In this document: positions 38,218 to 48,957 of the stretch, in pieces
Layout of the letters: each line of letters begins with the position of its first letter
Numbering within the stretch: position 1 is the stretch's first letter
Origin: Massalongia carnosa
Taxonomy: Eukaryota
NCBI GenBank assembly: GCA_965645245.1
Contig: OZ287075.1
Coordinates: 744,001 to 808,000, forward strand
Direction of reading: 5' to 3'
Length of the DNA: 64,000 bases
The notes under the pieces: generated by a model
What the model was told of the DNA's origin: nothing
The model's database searches: none
What the model saw: the letters and a program-made list of their open reading frames with translations, nothing else
Made by a program: the position numbers and the translations under genes

Positions 38218-41200
38218 ATGAGGGACACAAAATCCCTCTCTATATTGCAGTATAATGTCAGAAATGACAGAGTGAGTACTATTATACCCCTCTTAGCAGA
38301 CACAAACACCCAGGACTATGATATTATTGCAATACAGGAACCGTGGCGCAATCCATCCTCCCCCACATCGCTTAGTTCTCATCAAAGCGGCTTTCACCTC
38401 CTATACCGCCCAGGAGGTGACACCAGAGTGTGCATTTATGTCAACGACCTAATAGACACTGACAGCTGGGAGGTGGAATTCACCTCGGCCGACATGTGCA
38501 CTTTGAAAATAAAGACCTACACCGAAGGCGTTATGGAAACAATTCACGTCTATAATGTGTATAATCCCTCTCCCGCTTCCTATTCATCCACTGACAGTCC
38601 CACGACCTTACCGGCGGCTCGGAGCATGCTTACCGCCGATGCGCATCACATACTACTTGGAGATTTCAACCTGCATCATCCCTTTTGGAATGGTCCCTCA
38701 AGACCCACACAACACGCTGCTGCTGATCAATTACTGGAAATAATCGATGATCATAATCTTTCGTTGACACTGCCGAAAGGCACCGTAACATGGGAAGCAA
38801 GAAACACGTCTAGCACGATAGATTTGGTTTTCATTTCAAAATACCTAGTCGAATGACTCGAACACTGCATGTCCAGACCAGAATTGAATCAATCGTCCGA
38901 TCACGTGCCGATATCAACCCGCATCCTACTCGGAAGCGAGCCGCAACCGAAAATCAAACTCAGAGCATGGAAACATCTAAACCTGGAAAAATTAAGGGAG
39001 GCCGAACGACACGCCCCTATACCGGAGTCTCCCCGTACCACTGCCGAGATTGATGCGTACACGGAATCGATTCAAAAATTTCTACAAAATGTCATCAACG
39101 AAGCAGTTCCATGGGCAAAATCTAGCGAATATGCTCAGCCATTCTGGACAGAAGAATGCAGCATTGCAACCAAAGCCACACGGAAACTACGCCGCATATG
39201 GTCCAGCACGTTAGACCTAACGGACTGGTCTAACTATATGAAATCCAATGATAAAAAACAGAAAATCATTCAAAAGGTAAAGAGAATAAACTTTCGTCAA
39301 GAAATCAATAAGGCCACCGAAACGCCTCAGGGACTATGGCGGCTAGCGAAATGGGCCAAAGACAAAAGGCATCAATCTAGAGAAGTATCCAAAATGCCGA
39401 TTTTAAAATTCAATAACCAAGTAGCAGACACGTTTGACCAAAAAGCCGAAATGCTGAAAGATGTCTTCTTTCCCGCACCACCACCGGCCGACCTAAGCGA
39501 CATAGAAGGATCCTTCTATCCTACATCGCCGCACTGCCCAATAACTATCACCAATTCAGAAGTATCGACGGCCCTGAGTCGGCTCAAGTCCGATAAGGCA
39601 CCGGGCCCAGACGGCATATCTAACAGAATACTCAAAGCATGCAGCGAAATACTTGTCGAACTACTAACACCTCTGTTTCAGGCGTGCGTCACACACTCGT
39701 AGCACCCGCGGGCCTTCAAAATGGCAAACACAATAGCGCTGAAAAAAATAGGTAAAGGAGACTATAGCACGCCGAAAGCCTACCGACCAATTGCACTGCT
39801 CAACACGCTCAGTAAAGTTATTGAATCCATCATTGGATCGAAATTAACCTATCTGGCGGAAAAACACCGGCTCCTACCCGATAGACAGATGGGAGCAAGG
39901 AAGGGCAGATCCACAGAGTCAGCACTGGAACTGCTAACTGAACAGGTTCACACGATTTGGGGACAGGGAAAAGACAAAGTAGCCAAACTGCTAAGCATGG
40001 ACGTCGCCGGCGCGTTCGATACGGTATCACATCAACGACTAACACACAACCTACGGAAAAGAAAAATTCCAAAATGGATCACCGACTGGTTAAACAGCTT
40101 TCTGAGCGATCGAAGCACCACTTTAGCAATAAATCGAAAAGTCACTGGGCGGTTTGCGGTAAGAACGGGTATCCCACAGGGCTCTCCCCTGGCATCCATT
40201 CTTTACCTATTTTACAATGCATATCTATTGGAAATATGTGATCGACCAGGCAAAAACACAAGTGCCATAGGATTCGTAGACGACGCAAACATTTTGGCAT
40301 ATGGAAAAAGCACCAAGGAAAACTGCAAAACTCTAGAGGCAATACACAGACAATGTGAGACGTGGGCTTCCCGGCACGGGTCCGTATTCGATCCGACGAA
40401 GTACGAACTCATACACTTGTCTAGAAATCCCAAAAGATTCAACATGACTGCATCCATCAATATTGCTAGCACCGAAATTGATCCTAAAACGGACATCAGA
40501 GTATTGGGCCTACAAATCGAAACCAAATTGAAATGGGGACCGCACGTTCGCAAAACGCAAGAGAAAATGGTCAAACAATCCATGGCATTGACAAAAATTT
40601 CCACATCATCCTGGGGTACCAACTTCGCCAAGGCAAGGCAGGTATACAGTGCCGTGGTGCGTCCGGCCATGACATATGGATCGACCGTATGGCACATGCC
40701 CAAAGAAGTCAAAAAGTCAAAAACGTCAACGAGCAAGCTCTCCGTCATGCAAAACAATTGCCTTCGCACCATAGCCGGTGCCTTTAATGCCACTCCCATC
40801 TCAGTACTAGAAGCAGAGACATTCATAGCGCCCATAGACACGAATCTCGACATGCTACAAGCACAGGCAAGGCACCGGCTCCGAGCCGGAGGCCAATTGA
40901 AGATCATCTCCTCCGCATGCAACAAAATAGCTGACAAACTTCGAGGCAAGGCAGGTCGCAAACGACTTCAAAAGCCCACCCCGGGAGAGCTAAAACACAT
41001 CTGGGCCAAAAGCCTACTGATCGACTCAAAAATAGTTCAGCCACCAAAGGCACACCCACCATGGTTCGAAGTTTACCCGGCGTGGCACCGCGAAGCTACC
41101 GTTGCGGCAACGGCCCGACACAAGCAGATGCAAACAATCAAAACACGACAAATAAAGGTCTGGAACGACTCGTGGTGCGCATATCAAAATCGCGTCATCG

Positions 41201-41571
41201 AACCCTCCATAGCACAATCAGTCCCACTGACCAAAAAACGGCTGAAAATACACACGCAGCTAAAAAAGGCAGAAAGCGCTCTAACAACTGAAATCCGCAT
41301 TTGCAAAATCGGGTTAGCTGACTTCCTCTACAAGCGACGGGTGCCCTCCGTCACCTCACCGGCCTGTTCATGTGGCTGGCACAAACAAAATCCAGAACAT
41401 GTAATCATGTTCTGCAGACTTATTCACAATAGAGAACAGATGTTTCGCGCCACCGGCACGAGCGACTATCAGCAGCTGACCAAATCATCAAAAATTCTGA
41501 AGATACTAACTGCTTGGCTAATGAAAACAGGTTTATTGTATCAATTCTCACTAGCATCAACATTATTGTAA
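38218..41571 (+). pseudogene. LINE B ORF2 (AP endonuclease, RT, CCHC; no RNase H) with two in-frame stops
   Basis: ORFs 38218-38856, 38869-39702 and 39721-41571 share one frame; IQEPW, GDFN, SDH, GIPQGSP, FVDD and CSCG...HVIMFC motifs; ATGA overlap with the ORF1 stop. Confidence 0.93.
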
Positions 41572-43360
41572 AATCAACAATAGTTGAACCTTTCTTTCTT
41601 TCTTCTCTTTTCACAAGGCATTACAGTTTTTTTTATTTATTTATTCATTAAGTGTATTCAACCTAAGGTTATGACACTAAACTATTTTAGGATATGTTTC
41701 TATATTACAAATAAATCAACCCTTTATAACCCATCTATGTATTGTCAATTTTTCCCTATTTTTACTCGGTGTTAGTAACAACCTATAGTAATCGAAGAAT
41801 ATCGATTTTAAAATTTGTCTTTGTAAGTTCGTGAATGTTTCAGCAGAAATCGTTTCTGATTTTACTGTTCGATCTCTCCCCAACCTCCAGTTTCGAAAAT
41901 CTCGTCATCAAGCTGATCTAGTATCCATTTTCTTTTCGCGATTTTGTTATTGACAATGAATTTAATCAAAATGTCATTTCCCATTTTTGAATTAAACAAC
42001 ATATTCAAATTGATCGTAGTATCGATATTTTGTATCATGTTTTGAATTTCATCGAAATAGTGAATGCAATTCAATAACAAGTGTTCTGGCGTTTGTCGTT
42101 GATTGTATCGATTTGTGCATTTTGACGAATTATAATCTTTCAATCGCTGTAAATATGATCGAAAATAGCCGTGTCCGAATTTTAATTGCATAATAGTAGC
42201 AAATATCAATTTGGAACAGTTATTTGATAAATAATAAAATCTCGATATGCCAGGTTTCATTTCGAATTTCTCGTAGTATTTGCCTCTTGATTTGCATTGT
42301 TGCCATTGATTCGTCTATTTAGTTAGCATATTTTGATTTATTTGATCTTTTACATAATCAAATGTAATCGCCGAGGACTCGACTAGGATTTGATTATGGC
42401 CCGTCTTTGCTATATTGTCTGTAATTTAGTTTTCGGTAATATTCGAATGACTCGGAACCCATTGCAAAATCACCTGAAAATTGCTTTCAAATAAGAGTTT
42501 TGCGAGCTTTCGAATTTGTCTGGCGAAAATATGATTTGTCAAGTTCTGAATTTCGTTTATCGCGCTTATACTATCAGAAAAAATCCAAATCGTTTTTTCT
42601 AAGTTCGATAAAATATTAGTATTCGACAATTTATAGACCCATTTCATTGCTTGTAAAATCGCATGCAGTTCAACATTTTTAATGTTGACTGTTTGCTTAA
42701 TTTCCAGCTTTCCGAAATCGTATGATACTTGATCAGACAATCTTTTTCGATAAATCGATTAAAATTATTGATAATATTACTCCAATTCCTTATAATTGGC
42801 GCAAATGTGACTGCAGACGTTGCAAATTCGATTTTCGATCCATCTGTATAAAGTAAAACTCGGGATTTATCGGAGTTCATTGATTTAATTTTGGATAAGG
42901 TAGAATAATAACTTGATTTAGCAGATTCCTTTGTATTTTCGATTTGAAATTTGATTTTGCAAGGCGATTTCCATGGTTTAATAAAATGACTTGATTGTTC
43001 AAATTCATCAGTTTTGTGAACTATGTCGGAAACGGAATGAAGAACGCGAATAAGCTGACTAGGATGTCGTTTATTTGTTTATTTGTCGTCTTCGTTCCAT
43101 TCAGCATATTTGTTGTTCCATTTTTTTTTTATTTTTTTATTTATTCATTAAGTGTATTCAACCTAAGGTTATGACACTAAACTATTTTAAGATATGGTTT
43201 TATTTTACAAATAAAGCAACCCTTTATAACCCAACTATCTATCGTCAATATTGCCCCGTTTTTACTCCGTGTTAGTAACAACCTTTAGTAATCGAAATAT
43301 CGATTTTACAATTTGTTTTTGTAAAGCTCGTAAATATTCCAGCATAAATCATTTCTAATT

Positions 43361-46300
43361 TTACTGTTCGATCTCTCCCCAACCTCCCGTTTCGATATTT
43401 TCGTCATCGAGCTGACCTAGCATCCATTTTCTAGTCGCGATTTTGTTATCAACAATAAATTTAATCAAAATATTATTTCCGATCCTAGTATTAAACAACA
43501 TTTTTAAAGTAATTGTGGTATCGATATTTTGTTTCATGTTTAGGATTTCATTTGAATAATGTATGCAATTCATCAATAAGTGTTCTGGCGTTTGACGTTC
43601 GTTGCAGCGCCCTGTGCATTTTGACGAATTATAATCTTTCAATCGGTGCAGATATGATCGAAAATAACCGTGTCCGAATTTCATTTGCATAATAGTCGCA
43701 AATATTAATTTCGAACAATTATTCGACAGATAATAAAAACTCGATTTGCCCGGCTGCATTTCGAATTTCTCATAGTATTTGCCTTTTGACTTGCATTGTT
43801 GCCATTGATTCGCCCATGTGGCTAACATATTTCGATTTATTTGACCCTTTACATAATCAAATGTTATTATCGAAGACTCGACTAGGATTCGACTATGTCC
43901 CGCTTTTGCTGCTTTATCTGCAATTTCATTTTCGACGATTTTCGAATGACTAGGAATCCATTGTAGAACCACCTGATAATTGTTTCCGAATAAGCATTTC
44001 GAGAATTTTCGAATTTGTTTTGAGTAAGTATGATTTGTCAAGTTCTGAATTTCGTTTATCGCGTTTATGCTATCGGAAAAAATCCAAATCGTTTTTTCCA
44101 AATTGAAGAGATTATTCGCAATTGTCAATTTGTATGCCCATTTTATTGCTTGTAGTATCGCATAGAGTTCGGCGTTTTTAATGCTTGACTGTTTGTTTAA
44201 TTTCCAGCTTTTCGAAATCGTATGATGTTTGAGGAGACAATCTTTTTCGATAAAACGATTGAAGTTATCGGTGAAATTGTTCCAATTTCGCATAATTGGT
44301 GCAAATGTGACAGCGGAAGTTGAAAACTCGGTTTTTGATCCATCGGTATAGAGTAACATTCGCGATTTATCGGCGTTTATTGATTGGATTTTTGATAAAG
44401 TCGAATAATAACTTGACTTTGCTGTTTCTTTGGATCTTTCGATTTGGAACTTGATTTTACAAGACGGCTTCCATGGTTTGATGAAATTATTTACTGATTC
44501 GAATTCATCAGTTTTGTGAACTATATCCGAAACGGAATGAAGAATACGGATAAGCTGACTAGGATGAGGTTTACTCGATTTTTTCTCGTCTTCGTTCCAT
44601 TCAGCATATCTGTTGTTCCATAAACTAGTGTCAAAACCGATGTTTTCGAATTTCACAGAATAGGTACTGGGAATTCTTTGACAAATAGGATTATTTTCGG
44701 CAATCTTCAATAATCGAATTGCGTATATTTGATTTTTCATCAACAATCGTAGCTTGGCTGGTAAAATATGCGATTCAATTTCCATCGCCTGAACAGGCGT
44801 GGTTTTGAATGTGCCTAAAATCTTTCGAATCATTCGATTTTGCAGATTCTGAAATAGCTTTTCATATTTCTTTTGACCGTTATACCAGATTTCTGAGCCA
44901 TAGTCCGAAATAGGAATAATACATGACAGATAGAGCTGTCTGCATGCAGTTGGCTTTAGTCCCCATTCAGACTTCATCAAATTTTGAATTGCGAAAAACG
45001 ATCGATTTGCAGAAGCAATTCGCGTTTCGACGTGTTTTTTGTAATTTAGTTTTCGGTCTAACCAGACTCCTAACCATTTGACAGAATTTTTCGGTTCTAG
45101 TATTGTCCCGTTTGGTAATTGCACTTTGTCTTTTGATGCATTTCTTGACTTTTCGAAGTGAATCAACTCAGATTTGTCGTCATCAAATTTGACATTATTC
45201 GTTGCGGCCCAATCAAAAGCTGTTTTGACGATAATTTCGATTTCTTTGCAATTCTGTGTGGCAGTTTTATTTTCGACATATATTGCAACATCGTCTATAA
45301 AGCTAGGTGAATGAGCATTGAATTTCATTCGTATTTTCGGGAATAAGTAACGAATATAAATCAGAAATAGAATTGGCGAAATAGGTGAACCTTGTGGAAT
45401 TCCAGATTCGATATAGTACGTTTTGCTTTTGTGTTCATCGAATATCAAATTGATCGATCGTTTTGTCATAAAATGCTTGACCCATTGAATAACTATGCGA
45501 GATAAATGCAGCTTTTTCATAACATTTAGCAATTGATTAATCGAAACAAAGTCAAATGCTCCTTTGACATCGAGTAATAGACATGATAAAACGTTTTTGT
45601 TTCGGTTTGCGATTTCGATATCATGAACTACGTTCATTACCGCATCGATTGCAGAATGATTTTTCCGTCCGCCCATTTGTTCGGTATCTAACAAGCTCGA
45701 ATTTTCGCCGAGGTAGGCTAGTCGATTAGCAACTATTTTCTCCGCAATTTTACCAAGACAATTCAGTAAGGTAATAATTCGATATGATTTTGGCAGCGAG
45801 TAGTCTGGTTTATTAGGTTTTTTTAAAACAGCACCGAGTCCTGTTCGCCAACATAACGGGTGATAACCGATTTGTATAAACTTAGAATAAATAGTAAAAA
45901 ACACGTTTTTCAATTGTTGAAACGATTTTTGAATTATTGTGAAATTGATTGCATCAGGTCCACATGATTTCTTTGGATTAAACAAACTAATCGCATTTTG
46001 CAATTCATTTTCGGTTAAATTCGGCCAATTGTTGTCATTTTCGCTGTCTTGATTCGTTAAATCTTCAATTTTATCATCCGTGAACGGGTTTTTTGTGTAC
46101 ATTGCTGACACAAACGCATCACATTTGTGATCGAATTGAACATTTAACTTATTTTCATATTGAATAGGTGGTATTTTTTCGAACATGCGCGGTTTAGTGT
46201 ATTTATAAGCTGTAAATACGTCTTTATTCGCTGAGTTTTCAAGGAAAGCCAACCAAGTTTGCTGTTTCGCTTTTCGAATTGCATGAAAGTACTCGATTCG

Positions 46301-47374
46301 ACTATGTCTAAATGTTTGATGACTAAAATAGGACGGATTATTCTTCCATTCTCGACGATGTCTGCACATGATTTTTCGAAGTCCGGATAAATCTTGCGAC
46401 CACCAATTTTTCGATTTTGCGCATATTTTTGTCTTCGGAATAAACATTTCAGCCGCGTTTTTGATAACGTTTTGCAAATATAACGCTGATTCATCAAATT
46501 GATAATTGTTCAATAGACTTTGTATTTGGGACTCGTAGTTTACTGCATTTTCGTCTAGAAACTTCGCGAATTTATCCCAATCGGCTTTATTGCAGTTGTA
46601 TTTATTCGATAATGCGGTTGCGTGTGACGTCAAGTTCTTGAAAGACGCGATAAGTTCAAATCGAATAACTTCATGATCTGAACCCGTGACTGCGTTTTCA
46701 TCGATTGACCAATTTGTAATTGCGTTTTCGATTTTAGAATTTGCAAATGTTAAATCAATAATAGATGAAGAGTTTCCTGAATGAGCAAAAAATGTATATA
46801 GATCAGGCGTGTTTATCAAACTACATTTGTTTAATTTTAACCAATTGACTAGATTTTCTGATCGAATTGCATTTTGAATCTTCGAATTCCACCAGCTATG
46901 ATGTGCATTGAAATCTCCACATATGACAAATTGATCAGTTGATATAGGTTGATATTTAACTAAAAGTCGATCGATTGTATATGTTTCTCGATCGTTTAGA
47001 CTTTTTTCATTGTAAAGGTTAAAGATCTGCACTTTTCGAACTTCATCAATTGTAATTTCGATAATTTGCAGATCAGTATCGTTTATAAGATCCGTTCTAG
47101 GCGTGCATTGTAATTTTGGATTGCATTTTGTAACGAATATAGCTACTCTCGGCCGATAAGTCGCTATTTTCGGCATAATACATGTGAATGACGGATGGGA
47201 AATTGTTTTTTGATCTCGCGTCCATGGTTCCTGAAATAAAACAATATCAACACGATTTAATACTGCATATTCCAGACACGAAATCATTGCATTCGTTGAC
47301 TTTGCACAATTATGTTGAATAAATTTGACATTTTGTGTATTTTCGATATTTGTCAACGAATGTTGTCCCGCCAT
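43361..47374 (-). CDS. LINE ORF2 polyprotein: AP endonuclease, reverse transcriptase, RNase H, CCHC finger (1337 aa)
   Basis: FQEPW, GDFNAHH, IDLTF, GSDH; YRIITLLN, GIPQGSPISP, FIDD; YTDGS, AEL, FSDS, WIPSH, NEIADKAAK; C...QTPEHLLMNC. Confidence 0.97.
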   Translation of the reverse strand: MAGQHSLTNIENTQNVKFIQHNCAKSTNAMISCLEYAVLNRVDIVLFQEPWTRDQKTISHPSFTCIMPKIATYRPRVAIFVTKCNPKLQCTPRTDLINDTDLQIIEITIDEVRKVQIFNLYNEKSLNDRETYTIDRLLVKYQPISTDQFVICGDFNAHHSWWNSKIQNAIRSENLVNWLKLNKCSLINTPDLYTFFAHSGNSSSIIDLTFANSKIENAITNWSIDENAVTGSDHEVIRFELIASFKNLTSHATALSNKYNCNKADWDKFAKFLDENAVNYESQIQSLLNNYQFDESALYLQNVIKNAAEMFIPKTKICAKSKNWWSQDLSGLRKIMCRHRREWKNNPSYFSHQTFRHSRIEYFHAIRKAKQQTWLAFLENSANKDVFTAYKYTKPRMFEKIPPIQYENKLNVQFDHKCDAFVSAMYTKNPFTDDKIEDLTNQDSENDNNWPNLTENELQNAISLFNPKKSCGPDAINFTIIQKSFQQLKNVFFTIYSKFIQIGYHPLCWRTGLGAVLKKPNKPDYSLPKSYRIITLLNCLGKIAEKIVANRLAYLGENSSLLDTEQMGGRKNHSAIDAVMNVVHDIEIANRNKNVLSCLLLDVKGAFDFVSINQLLNVMKKLHLSRIVIQWVKHFMTKRSINLIFDEHKSKTYYIESGIPQGSPISPILFLIYIRYLFPKIRMKFNAHSPSFIDDVAIYVENKTATQNCKEIEIIVKTAFDWAATNNVKFDDDKSELIHFEKSRNASKDKVQLPNGTILEPKNSVKWLGVWLDRKLNYKKHVETRIASANRSFFAIQNLMKSEWGLKPTACRQLYLSCIIPISDYGSEIWYNGQKKYEKLFQNLQNRMIRKILGTFKTTPVQAMEIESHILPAKLRLLMKNQIYAIRLLKIAENNPICQRIPSTYSVKFENIGFDTSLWNNRYAEWNEDEKKSSKPHPSQLIRILHSVSDIVHKTDEFESVNNFIKPWKPSCKIKFQIERSKETAKSSYYSTLSKIQSINADKSRMLLYTDGSKTEFSTSAVTFAPIMRNWNNFTDNFNRFIEKDCLLKHHTISKSWKLNKQSSIKNAELYAILQAIKWAYKLTIANNLFNLEKTIWIFSDSINAINEIQNLTNHTYSKQIRKFSKCLFGNNYQVVLQWIPSHSKIVENEIADKAAKAGHSRILVESSIITFDYVKGQINRNMLATWANQWQQCKSKGKYYEKFEMQPGKSSFYYLSNNCSKLIFATIMQMKFGHGYFRSYLHRLKDYNSSKCTGRCNERQTPEHLLMNCIHYSNEILNMKQNIDTTITLKMLFNTRIGNNILIKFIVDNKIATRKWMLGQLDDENIETGGWGEIEQ

Positions 47375-48957
47375 TAACCAAGCATTAATTCATCATTCGA
47401 TTTTCTAGGATTTAGCGAGATAAACATTTCGCAACCTATATCGTTCGATTGATGATTTTTGTTGCAATTGACGCATTTCAGAATTGCATGTGCGCATGCG
47501 ATTTTAGACTTGCATGTTGTGCATTCATGATTATGCGTTTCATGACTTTGTGCGCATATATTGCATTTTGCCGGACTTTTGCATTGATAATGCTTATGTC
47601 CAAATTTCTGACAATTAATACATTGCGTGTTTGGACGAACGGAAGCAAATATTTCCGTGTCACAATGTCTACCCGCGATATTCACGCCTCTTAACGCGTT
47701 TGACGCTTGATTTTGATTATTGAAAGTCAAAACTACCGACGACGTGACTTTGTTTTGACGATCCCGAGCAAGCCATCTTGGTAAATCGCATAGTTGCATA
47801 TTCGAATTGTATTTTTCGATTTCGGTTTGCAAATATTGCATGTTATTATCGAATAACGAGATATTTACTCCGTGTGCTATGACTTTAAACCAGGATTCTT
47901 CTTTTCGAATACTTTGTGATTCGAAAATGTGTTCCCATGAAGATTTATTTTTCAACAATTCTTCGGCATTGTTGTCAGGGCTAGTGGTGAGAACGATATT
48001 CTGACCGGTTTTGGACTTTTCAACAGTATTGACGATGATGTTTAAATTTGCGTTTTTTAATAGCGCGTTAATTTGATCACGCAACTTCATAGAGTCGATT
48101 TGAGCGTCAGGATTTTTCGGTGAAATCACGAGTCGTCTGGCCTTGATTGCATCAAATCGATCGACTTTGTTCGAATTATAATTCGAACTTTTCCTTTGAA
48201 TAGTAGTCCAATTTTCGGAGTTTTCGGTTGCTTTTCCAAGCATTTGACTCCATGTACCGGTTGTGCTAACATTGTTACCAGAGACCCCGGTAGCTCCTTT
48301 GCGAATGGTCTGATTTTCGATAATTGAATTTTCGTTCAATTTAACAACAGGTTTTTGGATTTTTGGACCATTCTGTAGTGGAGTCGTTTGTTGTTGTGAC
48401 GTTTTGGATGAAAGATGACTAGTTTGATCAAGTACTATGCCCATTTTATAGTTAATCATATCTAAGGATGTTTGTAAATTGATTGATTTTTTCGAAATCA
48501 ACGAATTAACGTTGTCAATTACGATAGCCGTTTGTGGATTTTGGTCCAGTACAAATGATTGCAATAATGCTTTTTTGGCCGACTTTAGAAGCTCAATTGA
48601 ATTTGTCCGATTGATCGCTTCTTGGCTATCTCTCGAATGTTCGTCAAATGTGCGTCTTTTATTTCGTTTGATTGGTGGGCTTGATCCAATGTTTAAGTTC
48701 AATGAAGGCATCGGCAAGATAGTGGAAAATGGACCCGATGGGAATTTCGTTGCCTTTGGTGTCGGTGATGACGGGGCTGATGCATATTCGCGAGTTTGAT
48801 CCATAGGTTCAAGACGGGGAGAGCTCCCTATCAACGCCACCGGAGATGGTCCGGGGGAGTGTCGGGGGGGGGCCGGGTAATGGGTCGATAGGGGGGCGGG
48901 ACCGGCTGGGGGTGGTGTCCTTGGTATATTCCGGCGGTTCATTACCGCGTTAAACAT
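47374..48957 (-). CDS. LINE ORF1 gag-like nucleic-acid-binding protein (527 aa)
   Basis: Pro-rich N-terminus and C-terminal CCHC knuckles (CINCQKFGH, CNICAQSH, CVNCNKNH); TAATG overlap with ORF2. Confidence 0.95.
   Translation of the reverse strand: MFNAVMNRRNIPRTPPPAGPAPLSTHYPAPPRHSPGPSPVALIGSSPRLEPMDQTREYASAPSSPTPKATKFPSGPFSTILPMPSLNLNIGSSPPIKRNKRRTFDEHSRDSQEAINRTNSIELLKSAKKALLQSFVLDQNPQTAIVIDNVNSLISKKSINLQTSLDMINYKMGIVLDQTSHLSSKTSQQQTTPLQNGPKIQKPVVKLNENSIIENQTIRKGATGVSGNNVSTTGTWSQMLGKATENSENWTTIQRKSSNYNSNKVDRFDAIKARRLVISPKNPDAQIDSMKLRDQINALLKNANLNIIVNTVEKSKTGQNIVLTTSPDNNAEELLKNKSSWEHIFESQSIRKEESWFKVIAHGVNISLFDNNMQYLQTEIEKYNSNMQLCDLPRWLARDRQNKVTSSVVLTFNNQNQASNALRGVNIAGRHCDTEIFASVRPNTQCINCQKFGHKHYQCKSPAKCNICAQSHETHNHECTTCKSKIACAHAILKCVNCNKNHQSNDIGCEMFISLNPRKSNDELMLG

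Larger units (their letters stand above)
35788..38221 (+). pseudogene. LINE B ORF1 (gag-like, CCHC knuckles) disrupted by an LTR element
   Basis: 35788-36271 plus 37218-38221 rejoin in frame (about 495 aa), matching the empty site at ~60585; CFNCQKYGH, CGHCAGGH and CAVCGEKGH motifs. Confidence 0.9.

Noticed and set aside
40212..40961. 249-aa antisense ORF and similar shadow ORFs
   Set aside because: These are opposite-strand shadows of RT coding sequence with no independent evidence.
47374..48957. EKA-type effector gene derived from LINE ORF1
   Set aside because: This ORF1 sits in an intact LINE, and I cannot recognise specific similarity without a search.
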